Counted from the stretch's first letter, positions 26,470 to 36,511 are shown. The stretch is DNA of 43,192 bases from Verrucomicrobiales bacterium (GCA_031411295.1 JANOAV010000190.1:1-43192); one strand, 5' to 3'. Made by a program: numbers and translations. Notes: generated by a model not told the origin, from the sequence alone.

Positions 26470-27653
26470 GGCTGTGCCTCCTTGTGAATCATGAGCATGG
26501 TAGCGTTAAGTTTTAAAATGCGGTCATTATTGACCATGAGAGCCGCGCCATAGGCATCGCGCAGATGGCGGGCGAGACTGAATTTAGAGTCGTTGCGATA
26601 GCCGGAGATGCCGCAAATCAGCATGGCCCGACTAACGATGTCCACCAGTTGCTGCGAACAGGAGAGCTTCAGATTATTGGTGCGGATGGAAAACCCAAAT
26701 TCCTCCAAGGCTTCCGGGCGGTCGCTGGAAAGAAGTTCCTCATACTCGCGAGCGAGCGAGGCAATGTTCTGTCGCATCTCCTGCAGGACTTGCGCCACCT
26801 CGGCCAAGCGGATGGCTGAAATGGGCGTTTCCCCCGGAGTCTTGCGGGCTTCCACGCGGACGAAGGCTCGGGCTTGATTCACGGCATCGGCGGCAATCCC
26901 AGACCAGAGCGATCCCCACACGAGATGCGAGTAAGGATGCATCGTGTGACCTAAAATTTCGTTGAACGGTTGTGGTAAAATTTGCTCCACGTCTCCGCTG
27001 GAAGTCAGTGCGAAGCCGGAACTGCACGTGCCGCGGAACCCCATCGTGTCCCAGTTGGAAAGCGGCACGGTGGTGTATTCGCCCTTCCGCACCATGACGC
27101 TGACTTGCTCGTTGGCTGCGGCAGTAGGCGACTGGCGGCAAGTCACCAGAATGTCATCCGCTGCTTCGCCATAAGAAATGACGGGCGCCTGCTTTGTGAG
27201 CGTGAATTTGTTACCTTCCGTTTCCATGGCACAGACGCTGGAGCGCAGATCTCCCCCGGTGCCAATCTCCGTCGTGGCCGAGGCAATCAACCGTTGCTCA
27301 GTCACGAGTTGGTGCAGGTAGTTGCGGAAATACTCCGAGTCCTGCGCATGATGCACCAGGCAGGCCACCTGAATTTTATGCATGGCGTAGATCATGGCAG
27401 ACGAGCCACAATACTGGCCGAGCGCCTCGCAGATCTTCGAAATTTCCACGATGGACAGGCCCATGCCGCCAAAGGCTTGCGGCACGTAAGCGCTGAGCAA
27501 CTTTGCCTCCCGCATGGCCGTGATCGATTCGATGGGGAATCGCGCGTCCTTATCGACTTCCGCCGCGTGAACTCGCAGCACGTTCTTGCCGATGGCATGA
27601 ACCTCCTGGAGCAGTTCGTCGAAATCGACCTTCGGATTTAGTTGAGCAGTCAT
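26466..27653 (-). CDS. Acyl-CoA dehydrogenase family protein (probably acting on aminoacyl-ACP)
   Basis: VDKDARFP, SATTE.GTGGD, WDTMGFRGTCS, CGISGY and RHLRDA. Confidence 0.92.
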   Translation of the reverse strand: MTAQLNPKVDFDELLQEVHAIGKNVLRVHAAEVDKDARFPIESITAMREAKLLSAYVPQAFGGMGLSIVEISKICEALGQYCGSSAMIYAMHKIQVACLVHHAQDSEYFRNYLHQLVTEQRLIASATTEIGTGGDLRSSVCAMETEGNKFTLTKQAPVISYGEAADDILVTCRQSPTAAANEQVSVMVRKGEYTTVPLSNWDTMGFRGTCSSGFALTSSGDVEQILPQPFNEILGHTMHPYSHLVWGSLWSGIAADAVNQARAFVRVEARKTPGETPISAIRLAEVAQVLQEMRQNIASLAREYEELLSSDRPEALEEFGFSIRTNNLKLSCSQQLVDIVSRAMLICGISGYRNDSKFSLARHLRDAYGAALMVNNDRILKLNATMLMIHKEAQP

Positions 27654-27715
27654 GGAGTTGGGGTTCTGGCAGGAGCAGCGCTGATTGGTGCCAACGAAAT
27701 TTCCTGCCGGTTAAA

Positions 27716-27970
27716 TTACGCGGAGAGCTGCTTGATGGCCTCGGCTATCGATTCAATGCTCTTAAAAGTGCGACGTCCCACCATGTTGTCAGGAAATTCA
27801 ACATTGAATTTGTCCTCCAACGCCAGCATGACCGCCACCGTCGCCAGCGAAGTCAAACCCGCTCCATAGAGGTCCTCAGTTTCCCCGAGCCCCTCCGCCG
27901 CCATGCGGCCATGCTGGGTCAGGATCTCGCGGATGTCGGGCACAAGAGTTGGGTTGTCAGTTAGGGTCAT
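27716..27970 (-). CDS. Acyl / aminoacyl carrier protein
   Basis: DLYGAGLTSL (phosphopantetheine Ser) and LEDKFNVEFPD; acidic 84-aa protein. Confidence 0.92.
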   Translation of the reverse strand: MTLTDNPTLVPDIREILTQHGRMAAEGLGETEDLYGAGLTSLATVAVMLALEDKFNVEFPDNMVGRRTFKSIESIAEAIKQLSA

Positions 27971-28110
27971 GAAGCAAAGGGTGTTTATTTTCGTTGGTCT
28001 AAAATCGGTGGGAATTTTGACTGCTCAAAACAATAAAGTGAAATTATGAAAATTACAATAAATACTTTAAAAATTCGTTTATTTATCATTTTTGAGACCT
28101 TTTAACGCGA
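27971..28110. promoter_or_regulatory. AT-rich divergent promoter region
   Basis: Strongly AT-rich intergenic stretch between the divergent ACP operon and the sulfatase; no specific boxes assigned. Confidence 0.45.
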
Positions 28111-28205
28111 ATTTGGCGAATGTCGCAATTTCCCTGAAAGCGGAGGCGTAATTTCTCTCGGATTGGTTCAGGGTGGACGCACCTCTGCTACCGCAACCTG
28201 TTCTC

Positions 28206-29615
28206 ATGAAGCTCACCTTCCTCCTCTGGCTCCTCCTGCTCGTCTCTCACACCACCGCAATCGGTGAGGAGAATCGTCCCAACGTTCTGTTCTTTTTCGC
28301 TGATGATCAGCGCGCAGACACCATCGCGGCCTTGGGCAATCCCATCATCAAGACCCCCAATTTGGATCGCTTGGTGCGACGAGGGGTCTCGTTTGATCAG
28401 GCTTACATGCAGGGGGGCATGAATGGGGCCACCTGCGTGCCATCTCGCGCCATGCTGTTATCAGGTCGTAATTTATTCCACATCGACGAAAAACTACTGC
28501 GGGATGAAACCTGGCCCGCCGCCTTCGGCAAAGCTGGCTATACCACCTTCATCAGCGGCAAGTGGCACAACGGAGAACCCTCCATTCTCAAGAGCTTCCA
28601 ACAAGCGCGTTCGCTGTTTACTGGCGGCATGACCGATCCCTCCAAGGCACCTTTGCGCAGTGTGGTGGACGGGAAACTGCAACCACCGCAGATCTCACCC
28701 AAGCACGCCTGCGAGGTCTTTGCCGATGAAGCCATCGCCTTCCTCAAGACGCCTGCAACCGCTCCGTTCTTCTGCTACCTGCCCTTCGATGCCCCGCACG
28801 ATCCCCATGTGGTGCCCCACGACTTTGCCATTAATTACGCTGCCGCCACCATGCCGCTGCCGCCGAATTTCCTGCCGCAACACGCTTGGGACAATGGTGA
28901 GATGACGATCCGGGATGAGGCGCTCTTGCCCTGGCCACGTTCAGAAGCCAAGGTCAAGGAAATGCTGGCCGAGTATTACCGTTACATTTCCTATCTGGAC
29001 TCTCAAATCGGCCGCGTGCTGGATGCCCTGGACGCCTCCCCCGCCGCTAAGAACACGCTGATCGTCTTCGCTGCCGACTCTGGTGTGGCCCGCGGCAGCC
29101 ATGGGCTCATTGGGAAACAAAACGTTTACGAGCATTCCATGCGCGTGCCGCTCATCATCGCTGGTCCTGGCATCCCTGCTGGCCAGCGCACCCAGGCGAT
29201 GTGCTATCTCTTCGACGTCCTCCCCACCCTAGGGAAACGCTGCGGGATCACCGGGCCGTCCACCAGCGATGGGCGTGAATTTTCCAGCGTCCTAACAGAC
29301 CCCTCCAAACCTGCCCGCACGGAAATGATCTTCGCCTACAAGAACCTCCAACGCGCCATCCGCACCGATCGCTGGAAGCTCATCCGCTATCCGCAAATTG
29401 ACCGCAACCAACTCTTCGACCTCCAGACCGATCCCCGGGAAATCACCAACCTCGCCACCGCACCGGAACAGGCAACGCGCGTGGCAGAATTAACTGAGCA
29501 GCTCCAAGCCGCCATGACCGCCGCTGGAGACGCGGCTCCACTGCAAGTGGCCACCCCGAAGCCGGCGGATTGGACGCCTCCTGCGAAGGGGAAGAAGCAG
29601 GGAGCGGAGGAATAG
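28206..29615 (+). CDS. Sulfatase (S1, Cys-type formylglycine-dependent), secreted
   Basis: PNVLFFFADDQR, CVPSRAMLLSG, GKWH, APHDP and GKQNVYE; signal peptide. Confidence 0.93.
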   Translation: MKLTFLLWLLLLVSHTTAIGEENRPNVLFFFADDQRADTIAALGNPIIKTPNLDRLVRRGVSFDQAYMQGGMNGATCVPSRAMLLSGRNLFHIDEKLLRDETWPAAFGKAGYTTFISGKWHNGEPSILKSFQQARSLFTGGMTDPSKAPLRSVVDGKLQPPQISPKHACEVFADEAIAFLKTPATAPFFCYLPFDAPHDPHVVPHDFAINYAAATMPLPPNFLPQHAWDNGEMTIRDEALLPWPRSEAKVKEMLAEYYRYISYLDSQIGRVLDALDASPAAKNTLIVFAADSGVARGSHGLIGKQNVYEHSMRVPLIIAGPGIPAGQRTQAMCYLFDVLPTLGKRCGITGPSTSDGREFSSVLTDPSKPARTEMIFAYKNLQRAIRTDRWKLIRYPQIDRNQLFDLQTDPREITNLATAPEQATRVAELTEQLQAAMTAAGDAAPLQVATPKPADWTPPAKGKKQGAEE

Positions 29616-29700
29616 AGCGGCAATTCCAGTGTGCCCCCAGAATTTGGGTGCAAACTTTCCGCTAGCCACTATCGTCGGTTGTTGATTTCCAGTGCCGCCC

Positions 29701-29910
29701 ATGAAACCCCGCTTCAAACTTCCCTCTCTGATCGTCGTTTGTTTTACATTGGGGTTTATCGGCGTGCGGCATTGGTCTGCGCAAACGTCATCGGCCTCAA
29801 ATCGAGAGACCCAGCGTCAGGCCTCGATCACTAATCTCTCAGCGGACTGCTCCACATTCTATCGCTTCGTTTATGGAGATGGGCTAAGATGCTCCGCAGC
29901 TTCGGCATGA
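29701..29910 (+). CDS. Possible small exported/membrane peptide
   Basis: 69 aa with a basic start, a hydrophobic segment and two C-terminal Cys; fits the intergenic gap; no recognised family. Confidence 0.35.
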   Translation: MKPRFKLPSLIVVCFTLGFIGVRHWSAQTSSASNRETQRQASITNLSADCSTFYRFVYGDGLRCSAASA

Positions 29911-30064
29911 GCGCGGACCGACCGCCTTTTTGTTTCGCCTTTTCCTACCGCAAACTCGCTGAATCAGCAGTTGGAAAGCGCTCTGTGGTGCAGTAGGATT
30001 AAACGTTGGTTCAGCCGACGAATGCTTCGTTGGCACCATCTGACTCCAAACTAAAACACTTCCC

Positions 30065-30241
30065 ATGAAACATCTGCTTCTTTCTCTCGCCAGTGTGCTG
30101 GCATTTTCCTCCTGCGCGTCCACCAAGCCCAGCGATTGCTGCGAAGCCAAGGACTCGAAGTGCAAAGACCATCCTGCCGCAGCCTGCTGTGACAAGCCAG
30201 GCGCCACCAAAGGAGCGCCTGCGGCCAAACATCAGCACTAG
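30065..30241 (+). CDS. Small Cys/His-rich lipoprotein (58 aa; absent from the ORF track)
   Basis: MKHLLLSLASVLAFSSC-ASTKPSDCCEAKDSKCKDHPAAACCDKPGATKGAPAAKHQH*; lipobox; followed by a terminator. Confidence 0.8.
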   Translation: MKHLLLSLASVLAFSSCASTKPSDCCEAKDSKCKDHPAAACCDKPGATKGAPAAKHQH

Positions 30242-30256
30242 ACGTGCCAACCCGCC

Positions 30257-30290
30257 ACGGCCGGACCAGCATGCTGGTCCGGCCGTTTTC
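30257..30290 (+). terminator. Intrinsic terminator, possibly bidirectional
   Basis: Perfect 30-nt palindrome ACGGCCGGACCAGCATGCTGGTCCGGCCGT followed by TTTC, between convergent genes. Confidence 0.75.
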
Positions 30291-30297
30291 ATTCCGA

Positions 30298-33200
30298 TTA
30301 AGCGCCTCCCAGCAGGATGAGCAGCGTGTGATTTCCCTCACGCAACAAAGGAACGCGCGCCACCCCAGAGGTCACGGGCAGGGCGCACCCGTCTAGTTCG
30401 AGGGCTTTTACGGCGGCGGAACATTGGGCGGGATTCACCACCGTGATGTGATAGCATGCGGTGCCTCCGGGCGGACGGAAGGTGATGTGATATTCCGGCC
30501 AATCATCTGGAATGCAGGGCTGGATGATCAACGTGTTCCCACCTTCAACGCGCAACCCTAACACGGATTCGATGGCGGCCCGGAAGGCCCAGCCGGCGGA
30601 TCCGGTATACCAGGTCCAGCCTCCGCGGCCGATGTGGGGCTCGGCTCCGTAAATGTCCGCAGCGACCACGTAGGGTTCCACTTTGTAAATTTCGTTCTGC
30701 ACAGCGGAACGATTGTGCCAGCTGGGGCTCAGCCGCAGCAGAAGTTTCGCTGCCAAATCGCGTCGCCCCAGTTTGGCAAAGGCCCGCACCATCCAACAGG
30801 AGGCGTGGGTGTATTGACCGCCATTTTCCCGCACTCCAGCGACGTATCCTTTGATATAGCCAGGGTCTTCCGGGGTGTTGATAAATGGTGGCGTCAGCAG
30901 ACGAATCAGTCCATCGGTTTCCAGAATCAGATGACGCTGGGCGGCCTCCAGAGCCATGGCGGCACGTTCTGGCGAAGCCAAGCCAGAGAGCACGGACCAC
31001 GCTTGCGCCAATCCATCGATCCGGCATTCTTCCGCCGTGCTGGTGCCTAACGGGATTCCATTATCGTAGTAGGCTCGTCGATACCATCCGCCATCCCACC
31101 CGGTATCGTTAAGGGTGCGATGCAAATTCCTTTGATATGCAAGATAGCGCCCGGCCCGGGAGTCCTGACGCTGCTCGGCCAATGGAATGAAATCATCCAG
31201 AATTAAATGCAGGAAAAAGCCCAGCCACACACTCTCTCCTCGTCCCTCCCGTCCCACGCGGTTCATCCCATCGTTCCAATCCCCCGTGCCCATCAAGGGC
31301 AGTCCGTGGCTGCCTTTGGTGAGCGAACGGTCAATCGCCCGACAGCAGTGTTCATAGAGGCTGGCGGATTCACCGCTGGGCTCCGGCTGAAGATAATTTT
31401 CATCCTCGCCTGGCTTCAGCAACGGAGCCTTGAGAAATGGCACTACTTCATCCCAGACTGCGGCATCGCCCGTGTTCCTGACATAGTCCGCCGTGATCAA
31501 GGGCAGCCAAAGTAGATCATCCGAGAACCGGGTGCGCACGCCACGATTGATCGGCGGCTCGTGCCACCAATGCAGCACATCTCCTTCCACGAATTGATGC
31601 GCGGCGTGCAGCAGGATTTGGCTGCGAGTTCGTTCCGGCCACAGCAGGGTTAAATTTCCCGCGTCCTGCAACTGATCCCGGAAGCCATACGCTCCGCTGG
31701 ATTGATAGAACGCGGTGCGGCCCCAGATGCGACACGACAAGGCTTGGTAACCCAGCCAGCCATTCACCATCCGATCAATTTCCGGCACCGGAGTCTTCAC
31801 CTGCACCGCACTCAACCCATCCCGCCAAAACGCCTGCGCGTCTGCCAAGGCGGATTCCATCGCCTCCACCGTGTCATAACGCGAAAGCAAAGCCAGCAAT
31901 TCCGCCTCGCCCACCGCTTCTCCGAGCACGATGCCAACCGTCATCGTCTGCCCTGCGCCTAACGTGCATTTCCATTGCTGGGCGAAACAGGCATCGCCTG
32001 ATGTGCCAATGGCTTCATCCAACGACGCTTGCGCCAAAGCCGCAGGAGCCCGGGTGCTGCCCAGCTCACCGAGAAACGTGGCGCGATCACAACTGACATG
32101 CGCAGTGGAAACGATGCCGCCCGAGATGACGCCCCGCGTAAAGGCAATCCCATCGCTGAAGGCTTCGTTGGCCGGGTTCACCGCACACAGTGCTGCGCCA
32201 TCCTGCCATGTTTTGATGGTGCCGGGCGTGGTCGGCATGGTTCCGAGCACCAAGCGATGGTAGCTGAAGAGCGAGAACTGCTTGGCCTCATGATGCGTGT
32301 TGGTAATCCGCAGCAACGTCAGTTTCACCGGATCCTCCTGCGCCACAAATACCGTCGTTTCCTGCTCCAAGCCATGCGTGGCAACCTGCCACCGCGAATA
32401 CCCAAAGCCATGGGCCACCGCGTAATCTGCGACTGCCGGACAAGGACCCGGCAGGGGAGACCAGGATTTGCCGCTCGCTTCATCGCGCACATAGAGCGCT
32501 TCATCGTGCGGGTCACTCACTGGATCATTCGACCAGGGCGTCAGCCGATTCGCCTGACTATTCCGCGCCCAAGTGCTGCCTGCTCCGCGCTCGGTCAACA
32601 GACATCCAAAGCGTTGGTTGGCCAAGACATTGCACCACGGCATCGGCGGCAAGACCAATCCATGTTTCCGCCATGGCAATGTTAGTTGATACTCGGTGCC
32701 ATCCGCTGAGAAATCACCGCAGGCATGCTCTGCCGCGTCCGACTGGTGCTCCAGGCTACTTTGCAACCTGGCTTCTGGCGCATGGCGCGTCACGATTTCC
32801 GGAATGGTGGCATGATCCGTTGCGACTCCTAGCAGAAATGTAATTTCCCGCGTCTCCTGCGGCTGCAACGTAATCGTGGTGCGCAGACTGAACAACGGAT
32901 CCAGCACATTTCCCACCGCTCCTGAAAGCGTCATGCTGGGCTGCTGCAGGCTGCGCCCGCGCCCGATGAAACGCAACCGATCGGTCTCCCAAGCTTCCGT
33001 CGGAGCCCCGGATAAAGCATGCCACAGCGCAGGCCATGTCTCGCCCTGACTGCGCGGCCGGCGTTTGGCCACCAGAGCGGCTCCGCAGAGTTCCGTCTGC
33101 ACGAACAATTTCGAAAATGCCGGATGCCCCAGATCTCCCATGGGATGCGCGAGCGCGACTTCAATGCAGCTGGTGACTTCGATGCGACGCGTTCGCGACG

Positions 33201-33549
33201 AGCTGTTCTGCAACCGCAACTTGCGGAGTTCCACGGGCTCGTTGGCCGCCACGGTGATCTCCAACGTCGCGAGGATGGCATGGTCTTCGCGTGCGATTAC
33301 CAGGCGCTGCGTGTCCGCTGTCATGTGGTAATTGGTGGGCGCGGCCAGGGTCGGTTGGCGGCCTGCAGACCAAAGCTCATTGCTCTCTACGTCGCGTAAA
33401 TAAATGAAGAACCCGTGGGCATCTTCCACTGGATCCGCCGGCCAGCGATTCAGGGCGATCCAATCGAACATGGATGACCCGGCCCCGGCAGGCGATACTT
33501 TCACTGCATACTGGCCGTTGGTGAGCGCGGCTGGAAGGTTACGATTCAT
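30298..33549 (-). CDS. GH94 glycoside phosphorylase, NdvB/Cgs C-terminal type (two N-terminal beta-sandwich domains)
   Basis: HPAFSKLFVQTE, PWCNVLAN, NRLTPWSNDP, YQSSGAYGFRDQLQD, GDWNDGMN, ENGGQYTH and GGWTWYTGSA; start at MNRNL. Confidence 0.9.
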   Translation of the reverse strand: MNRNLPAALTNGQYAVKVSPAGAGSSMFDWIALNRWPADPVEDAHGFFIYLRDVESNELWSAGRQPTLAAPTNYHMTADTQRLVIAREDHAILATLEITVAANEPVELRKLRLQNSSSRTRRIEVTSCIEVALAHPMGDLGHPAFSKLFVQTELCGAALVAKRRPRSQGETWPALWHALSGAPTEAWETDRLRFIGRGRSLQQPSMTLSGAVGNVLDPLFSLRTTITLQPQETREITFLLGVATDHATIPEIVTRHAPEARLQSSLEHQSDAAEHACGDFSADGTEYQLTLPWRKHGLVLPPMPWCNVLANQRFGCLLTERGAGSTWARNSQANRLTPWSNDPVSDPHDEALYVRDEASGKSWSPLPGPCPAVADYAVAHGFGYSRWQVATHGLEQETTVFVAQEDPVKLTLLRITNTHHEAKQFSLFSYHRLVLGTMPTTPGTIKTWQDGAALCAVNPANEAFSDGIAFTRGVISGGIVSTAHVSCDRATFLGELGSTRAPAALAQASLDEAIGTSGDACFAQQWKCTLGAGQTMTVGIVLGEAVGEAELLALLSRYDTVEAMESALADAQAFWRDGLSAVQVKTPVPEIDRMVNGWLGYQALSCRIWGRTAFYQSSGAYGFRDQLQDAGNLTLLWPERTRSQILLHAAHQFVEGDVLHWWHEPPINRGVRTRFSDDLLWLPLITADYVRNTGDAAVWDEVVPFLKAPLLKPGEDENYLQPEPSGESASLYEHCCRAIDRSLTKGSHGLPLMGTGDWNDGMNRVGREGRGESVWLGFFLHLILDDFIPLAEQRQDSRAGRYLAYQRNLHRTLNDTGWDGGWYRRAYYDNGIPLGTSTAEECRIDGLAQAWSVLSGLASPERAAMALEAAQRHLILETDGLIRLLTPPFINTPEDPGYIKGYVAGVRENGGQYTHASCWMVRAFAKLGRRDLAAKLLLRLSPSWHNRSAVQNEIYKVEPYVVAADIYGAEPHIGRGGWTWYTGSAGWAFRAAIESVLGLRVEGGNTLIIQPCIPDDWPEYHITFRPPGGTACYHITVVNPAQCSAAVKALELDGCALPVTSGVARVPLLREGNHTLLILLGGA

Positions 33550-36511
33550 GGGTAATGCGAAGGTAAATGCTAGTTTGCGACAACGAGATAGCGTCGGCTG
33601 TGAACGGAATTTTCTTTCGCAATTTGGTCTCAACTCGAATGATGGATCCTGGCAGCGGCGGTCGCAATACGAGACCGTTGACTGGTAGAGTCAGGCCAGG
33701 CAGGAGGCTAAATTCCAAGGTCCGCGCATCCACGCGACGCAGCGTGTAATGCAGCAAGCCGAAGCGCGTCGGCAAGTCTCGCACGTGAACGCCATCCTCC
33801 TCCAGCCATGCTGGAGCCAGGCCCGCAGCGAGCACCAACGTGTGACCAGTGGTGTTTTCGTAAGCAAACAAACTCTGCACGGCCAGCACATACTCCGCCC
33901 CAATCCACGTGTGCGGCACATCGCCCACATGACCTGGAGCCAGGGGATCGCGCCACGCGATTTCCGGCCACTGATTCCAAGCCAGCGGCCGCCGATCCGT
34001 CAGGAAAAAGCGCAGCAATTCCAAGGCAGCAGCACGATCCCCTAACCGCACGAAGGCCCCGATGATGCGAATTTCATACGGGGTGTAATTCGACCACGGC
34101 AGCTCTCCGGTGCGCTTCTTGCGCCAGTCGCTGAGGTATCGATCGAACGTGTATGCCAATGCTTTCGCGTCCAACTCTGGAGGGACATCCAACAGACTCA
34201 GAGCATTGGCTGTGGCCGTGGGATCGAAGTCCGCCCACTCCAACGATGCGGGGATGAAATCCAAATTTTTGCCGGCACGGGTCGCTGCGATGGAACCGTA
34301 GAGGGCAGTGGCCACAAGGTTTGCCAATTGTTGCCACTGCTGCGCGAGGCCTGATTTTCCCAGGCATTCAGCCAAGCCTACAGCATCCCGCAACCCACGC
34401 ACCGTCCAGAAATCATCCCAATAAGAATGCACTGGCTGCGCCAGATAGCCTTCATGGCTCACGGAGATTGGCATGAGTCCGCTCGGTTCCAACAATCCCG
34501 CAATACACCGCACCACCTGCAAAATCTTAGGCCAGCGCGCCTTCAACCAACGATCGTCCTTGGTGAATGCGTAGTAGTCAGCCACCAACGCCAACCATTG
34601 TCCATGGCTGTCATGTTCCACCAGCCAGTCCGGCCCATCCCGATCCACGCAGCAGGGGACGAAGCCATCGTCGCGCAGAAACGGTTCATACCATGCGATG
34701 AAAGCGCGCACGTCCGCCGCACAACCCATCCGCAGCAAAGCCGCGCTCATGATCGCGCCATCGCGAATCCAACTCCGCGTGTAGCGACGCGGCCCGGGCT
34801 GCAAGGCGGCTCCAGAGCGAGTGCTGATGACATGAGCCGCCGCGGTCCGCATTGCCTGCAACGCTTCATGGCCCCAACCTGCCGCCTTCATTTGCGCTGC
34901 GGAAAATTTCTCTGACCAGGCCGCTGCTGGATCCGTCACGGAGATACGCCTCGGTTGAGGCGCGCTGGTTTTCACCTTCGTAAAATCTATCCCTCCCTCC
35001 GTGCCCGCAAAAGACAATACCCCCGTCGCGAAACCAAAGGCATCCCTGGCCCGCACCCGCTGGGGAAATTTGCCTGCCGCCAAGTCCGCTACCAAGTTGC
35101 CTTCCGCAGATGTCAAGGCGCCGAACGTAGCTCCTGCGCTGGGGCGAAGTTCAGCAGAGCCATTCACAAGGACGGCAGCGCCATCCCAGCTCAATTCCCG
35201 GATTTTACTAATACCGCCCACATTGCGGAAATGCTGCCACGGGGGAGTGACTTGAAACGGGCGCAGTGCGACATACAACTTCACCTTTGGATTCGGGCGC
35301 TTGGTTTCCAACCGATAGCGCACGGAGAGCGTTTGCTGCACCATGAAGGCTTCGATTGTTAGCGACCAATCCTGGCCCTTCCAGACTACGGATGGAATTG
35401 GCATCCAAGTTTGTTGGAGATGCTGCGTGATCGCCACATCCGCCCAAGTGTAGAGCGCTCCATCCAAGGACAGAAAAGGCTCGAGGGTAAACGACGCTTC
35501 ATCCACTTCCACCAATCCCTGCTCATTCATCAACGCACAATTGGAACCCTCCAACATGCCTACCGGAGTCCAGAGGCTTTGTTCCCGCCACAGCCAACGC
35601 GGATAGTAACCACGCGGTGCGCGCTGTGCCACACTGTGCCAGAATGCCTCCAGTGAGCGCGAGAACTCAAACGCTTCGATCTGGAGACCGCGCATTCCCG
35701 CTGTGGACTTCAACTCCAACTTCACGAAGCGGGCCTGCGTCTGCGGGAGGTAAACGTAACTGCAAGATCCTCCGGCTCTGGCGACAGAGTAGCGCGTGCG
35801 CCAATGCAACCCATCGTTTGAAGTCCTCACCCGGAAACCCCGAAGCGGTGCCGCCTCCTGCCAATGAATCACTAGTCCTCCCAACACCCGGGCGGTGCCT
35901 GCATCCAGCCTAATCCAAGGCGCAGGATCCTTTACGCTCGGCTCCCACCAGGTAGCATCATCCCCCTCCAGCACCGTCTTGGCCGCATGTCCACGTTGCG
36001 CGCTGGAAGCCTCTATTTTCGGTCGTTTCGTGAAACTCTGGTCTTCCAAACTCCATCCCCTAACCGTCCAACTACCGCTACCACCCTCGCCCGCTACGAT
36101 GGCGATCTCGATGGCTCCCAATGCTGTGATCGCCCCACCACCCGCAGGACCCCAGGCGAACTCGACCGACTGACTGGGAATCGTCACCCAGCGACCCCGC
36201 TTGCTGGCACGGAAGTTTTTCAACTGGTAGCGCCATACATTTTGATTTGATGGGTCCACTAACTTTACCTCCAAATGGTTCACTGCCCCACGTCCAGCGA
36301 CGTGCAGGCGCAGCACAAAGGCCTCTGGCATCGCCCGTCGCCACAACCGCCGCGCCACCGCAAAGCCACCGCCACCTTTGAAATCATAGTCCAGTTGCAG
36401 AGCCGCTCCACCACCAATCCTGAGCGCTCTGATCATCAACTCCGCCTGTCCGGAAGCCACCGGCATCCAGGCCGTCGCATCAGCAAAAATGTTCCAACGA
36501 TGATCACTCAT
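33539..36511 (-). CDS. Discoidin (F5/8 type C) domain-containing glycoside hydrolase with an (alpha/alpha)6 catalytic domain
   Basis: CBM-like N-terminus, ASS...W discoidin module, QPGPRRYTRSWIRDG, ISVSHEGY...HSYWDDFW and WNQWPE. Confidence 0.8.
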   Translation of the reverse strand: MSDHRWNIFADATAWMPVASGQAELMIRALRIGGGAALQLDYDFKGGGGFAVARRLWRRAMPEAFVLRLHVAGRGAVNHLEVKLVDPSNQNVWRYQLKNFRASKRGRWVTIPSQSVEFAWGPAGGGAITALGAIEIAIVAGEGGSGSWTVRGWSLEDQSFTKRPKIEASSAQRGHAAKTVLEGDDATWWEPSVKDPAPWIRLDAGTARVLGGLVIHWQEAAPLRGFRVRTSNDGLHWRTRYSVARAGGSCSYVYLPQTQARFVKLELKSTAGMRGLQIEAFEFSRSLEAFWHSVAQRAPRGYYPRWLWREQSLWTPVGMLEGSNCALMNEQGLVEVDEASFTLEPFLSLDGALYTWADVAITQHLQQTWMPIPSVVWKGQDWSLTIEAFMVQQTLSVRYRLETKRPNPKVKLYVALRPFQVTPPWQHFRNVGGISKIRELSWDGAAVLVNGSAELRPSAGATFGALTSAEGNLVADLAAGKFPQRVRARDAFGFATGVLSFAGTEGGIDFTKVKTSAPQPRRISVTDPAAAWSEKFSAAQMKAAGWGHEALQAMRTAAAHVISTRSGAALQPGPRRYTRSWIRDGAIMSAALLRMGCAADVRAFIAWYEPFLRDDGFVPCCVDRDGPDWLVEHDSHGQWLALVADYYAFTKDDRWLKARWPKILQVVRCIAGLLEPSGLMPISVSHEGYLAQPVHSYWDDFWTVRGLRDAVGLAECLGKSGLAQQWQQLANLVATALYGSIAATRAGKNLDFIPASLEWADFDPTATANALSLLDVPPELDAKALAYTFDRYLSDWRKKRTGELPWSNYTPYEIRIIGAFVRLGDRAAALELLRFFLTDRRPLAWNQWPEIAWRDPLAPGHVGDVPHTWIGAEYVLAVQSLFAYENTTGHTLVLAAGLAPAWLEEDGVHVRDLPTRFGLLHYTLRRVDARTLEFSLLPGLTLPVNGLVLRPPLPGSIIRVETKLRKKIPFTADAISLSQTSIYLRITHES

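Noticed and set aside
32720..32775. Possible REP remnants in the GH94 interdomain linker
   Set aside because: Only short, degenerate palindromes; cannot be distinguished from chance.
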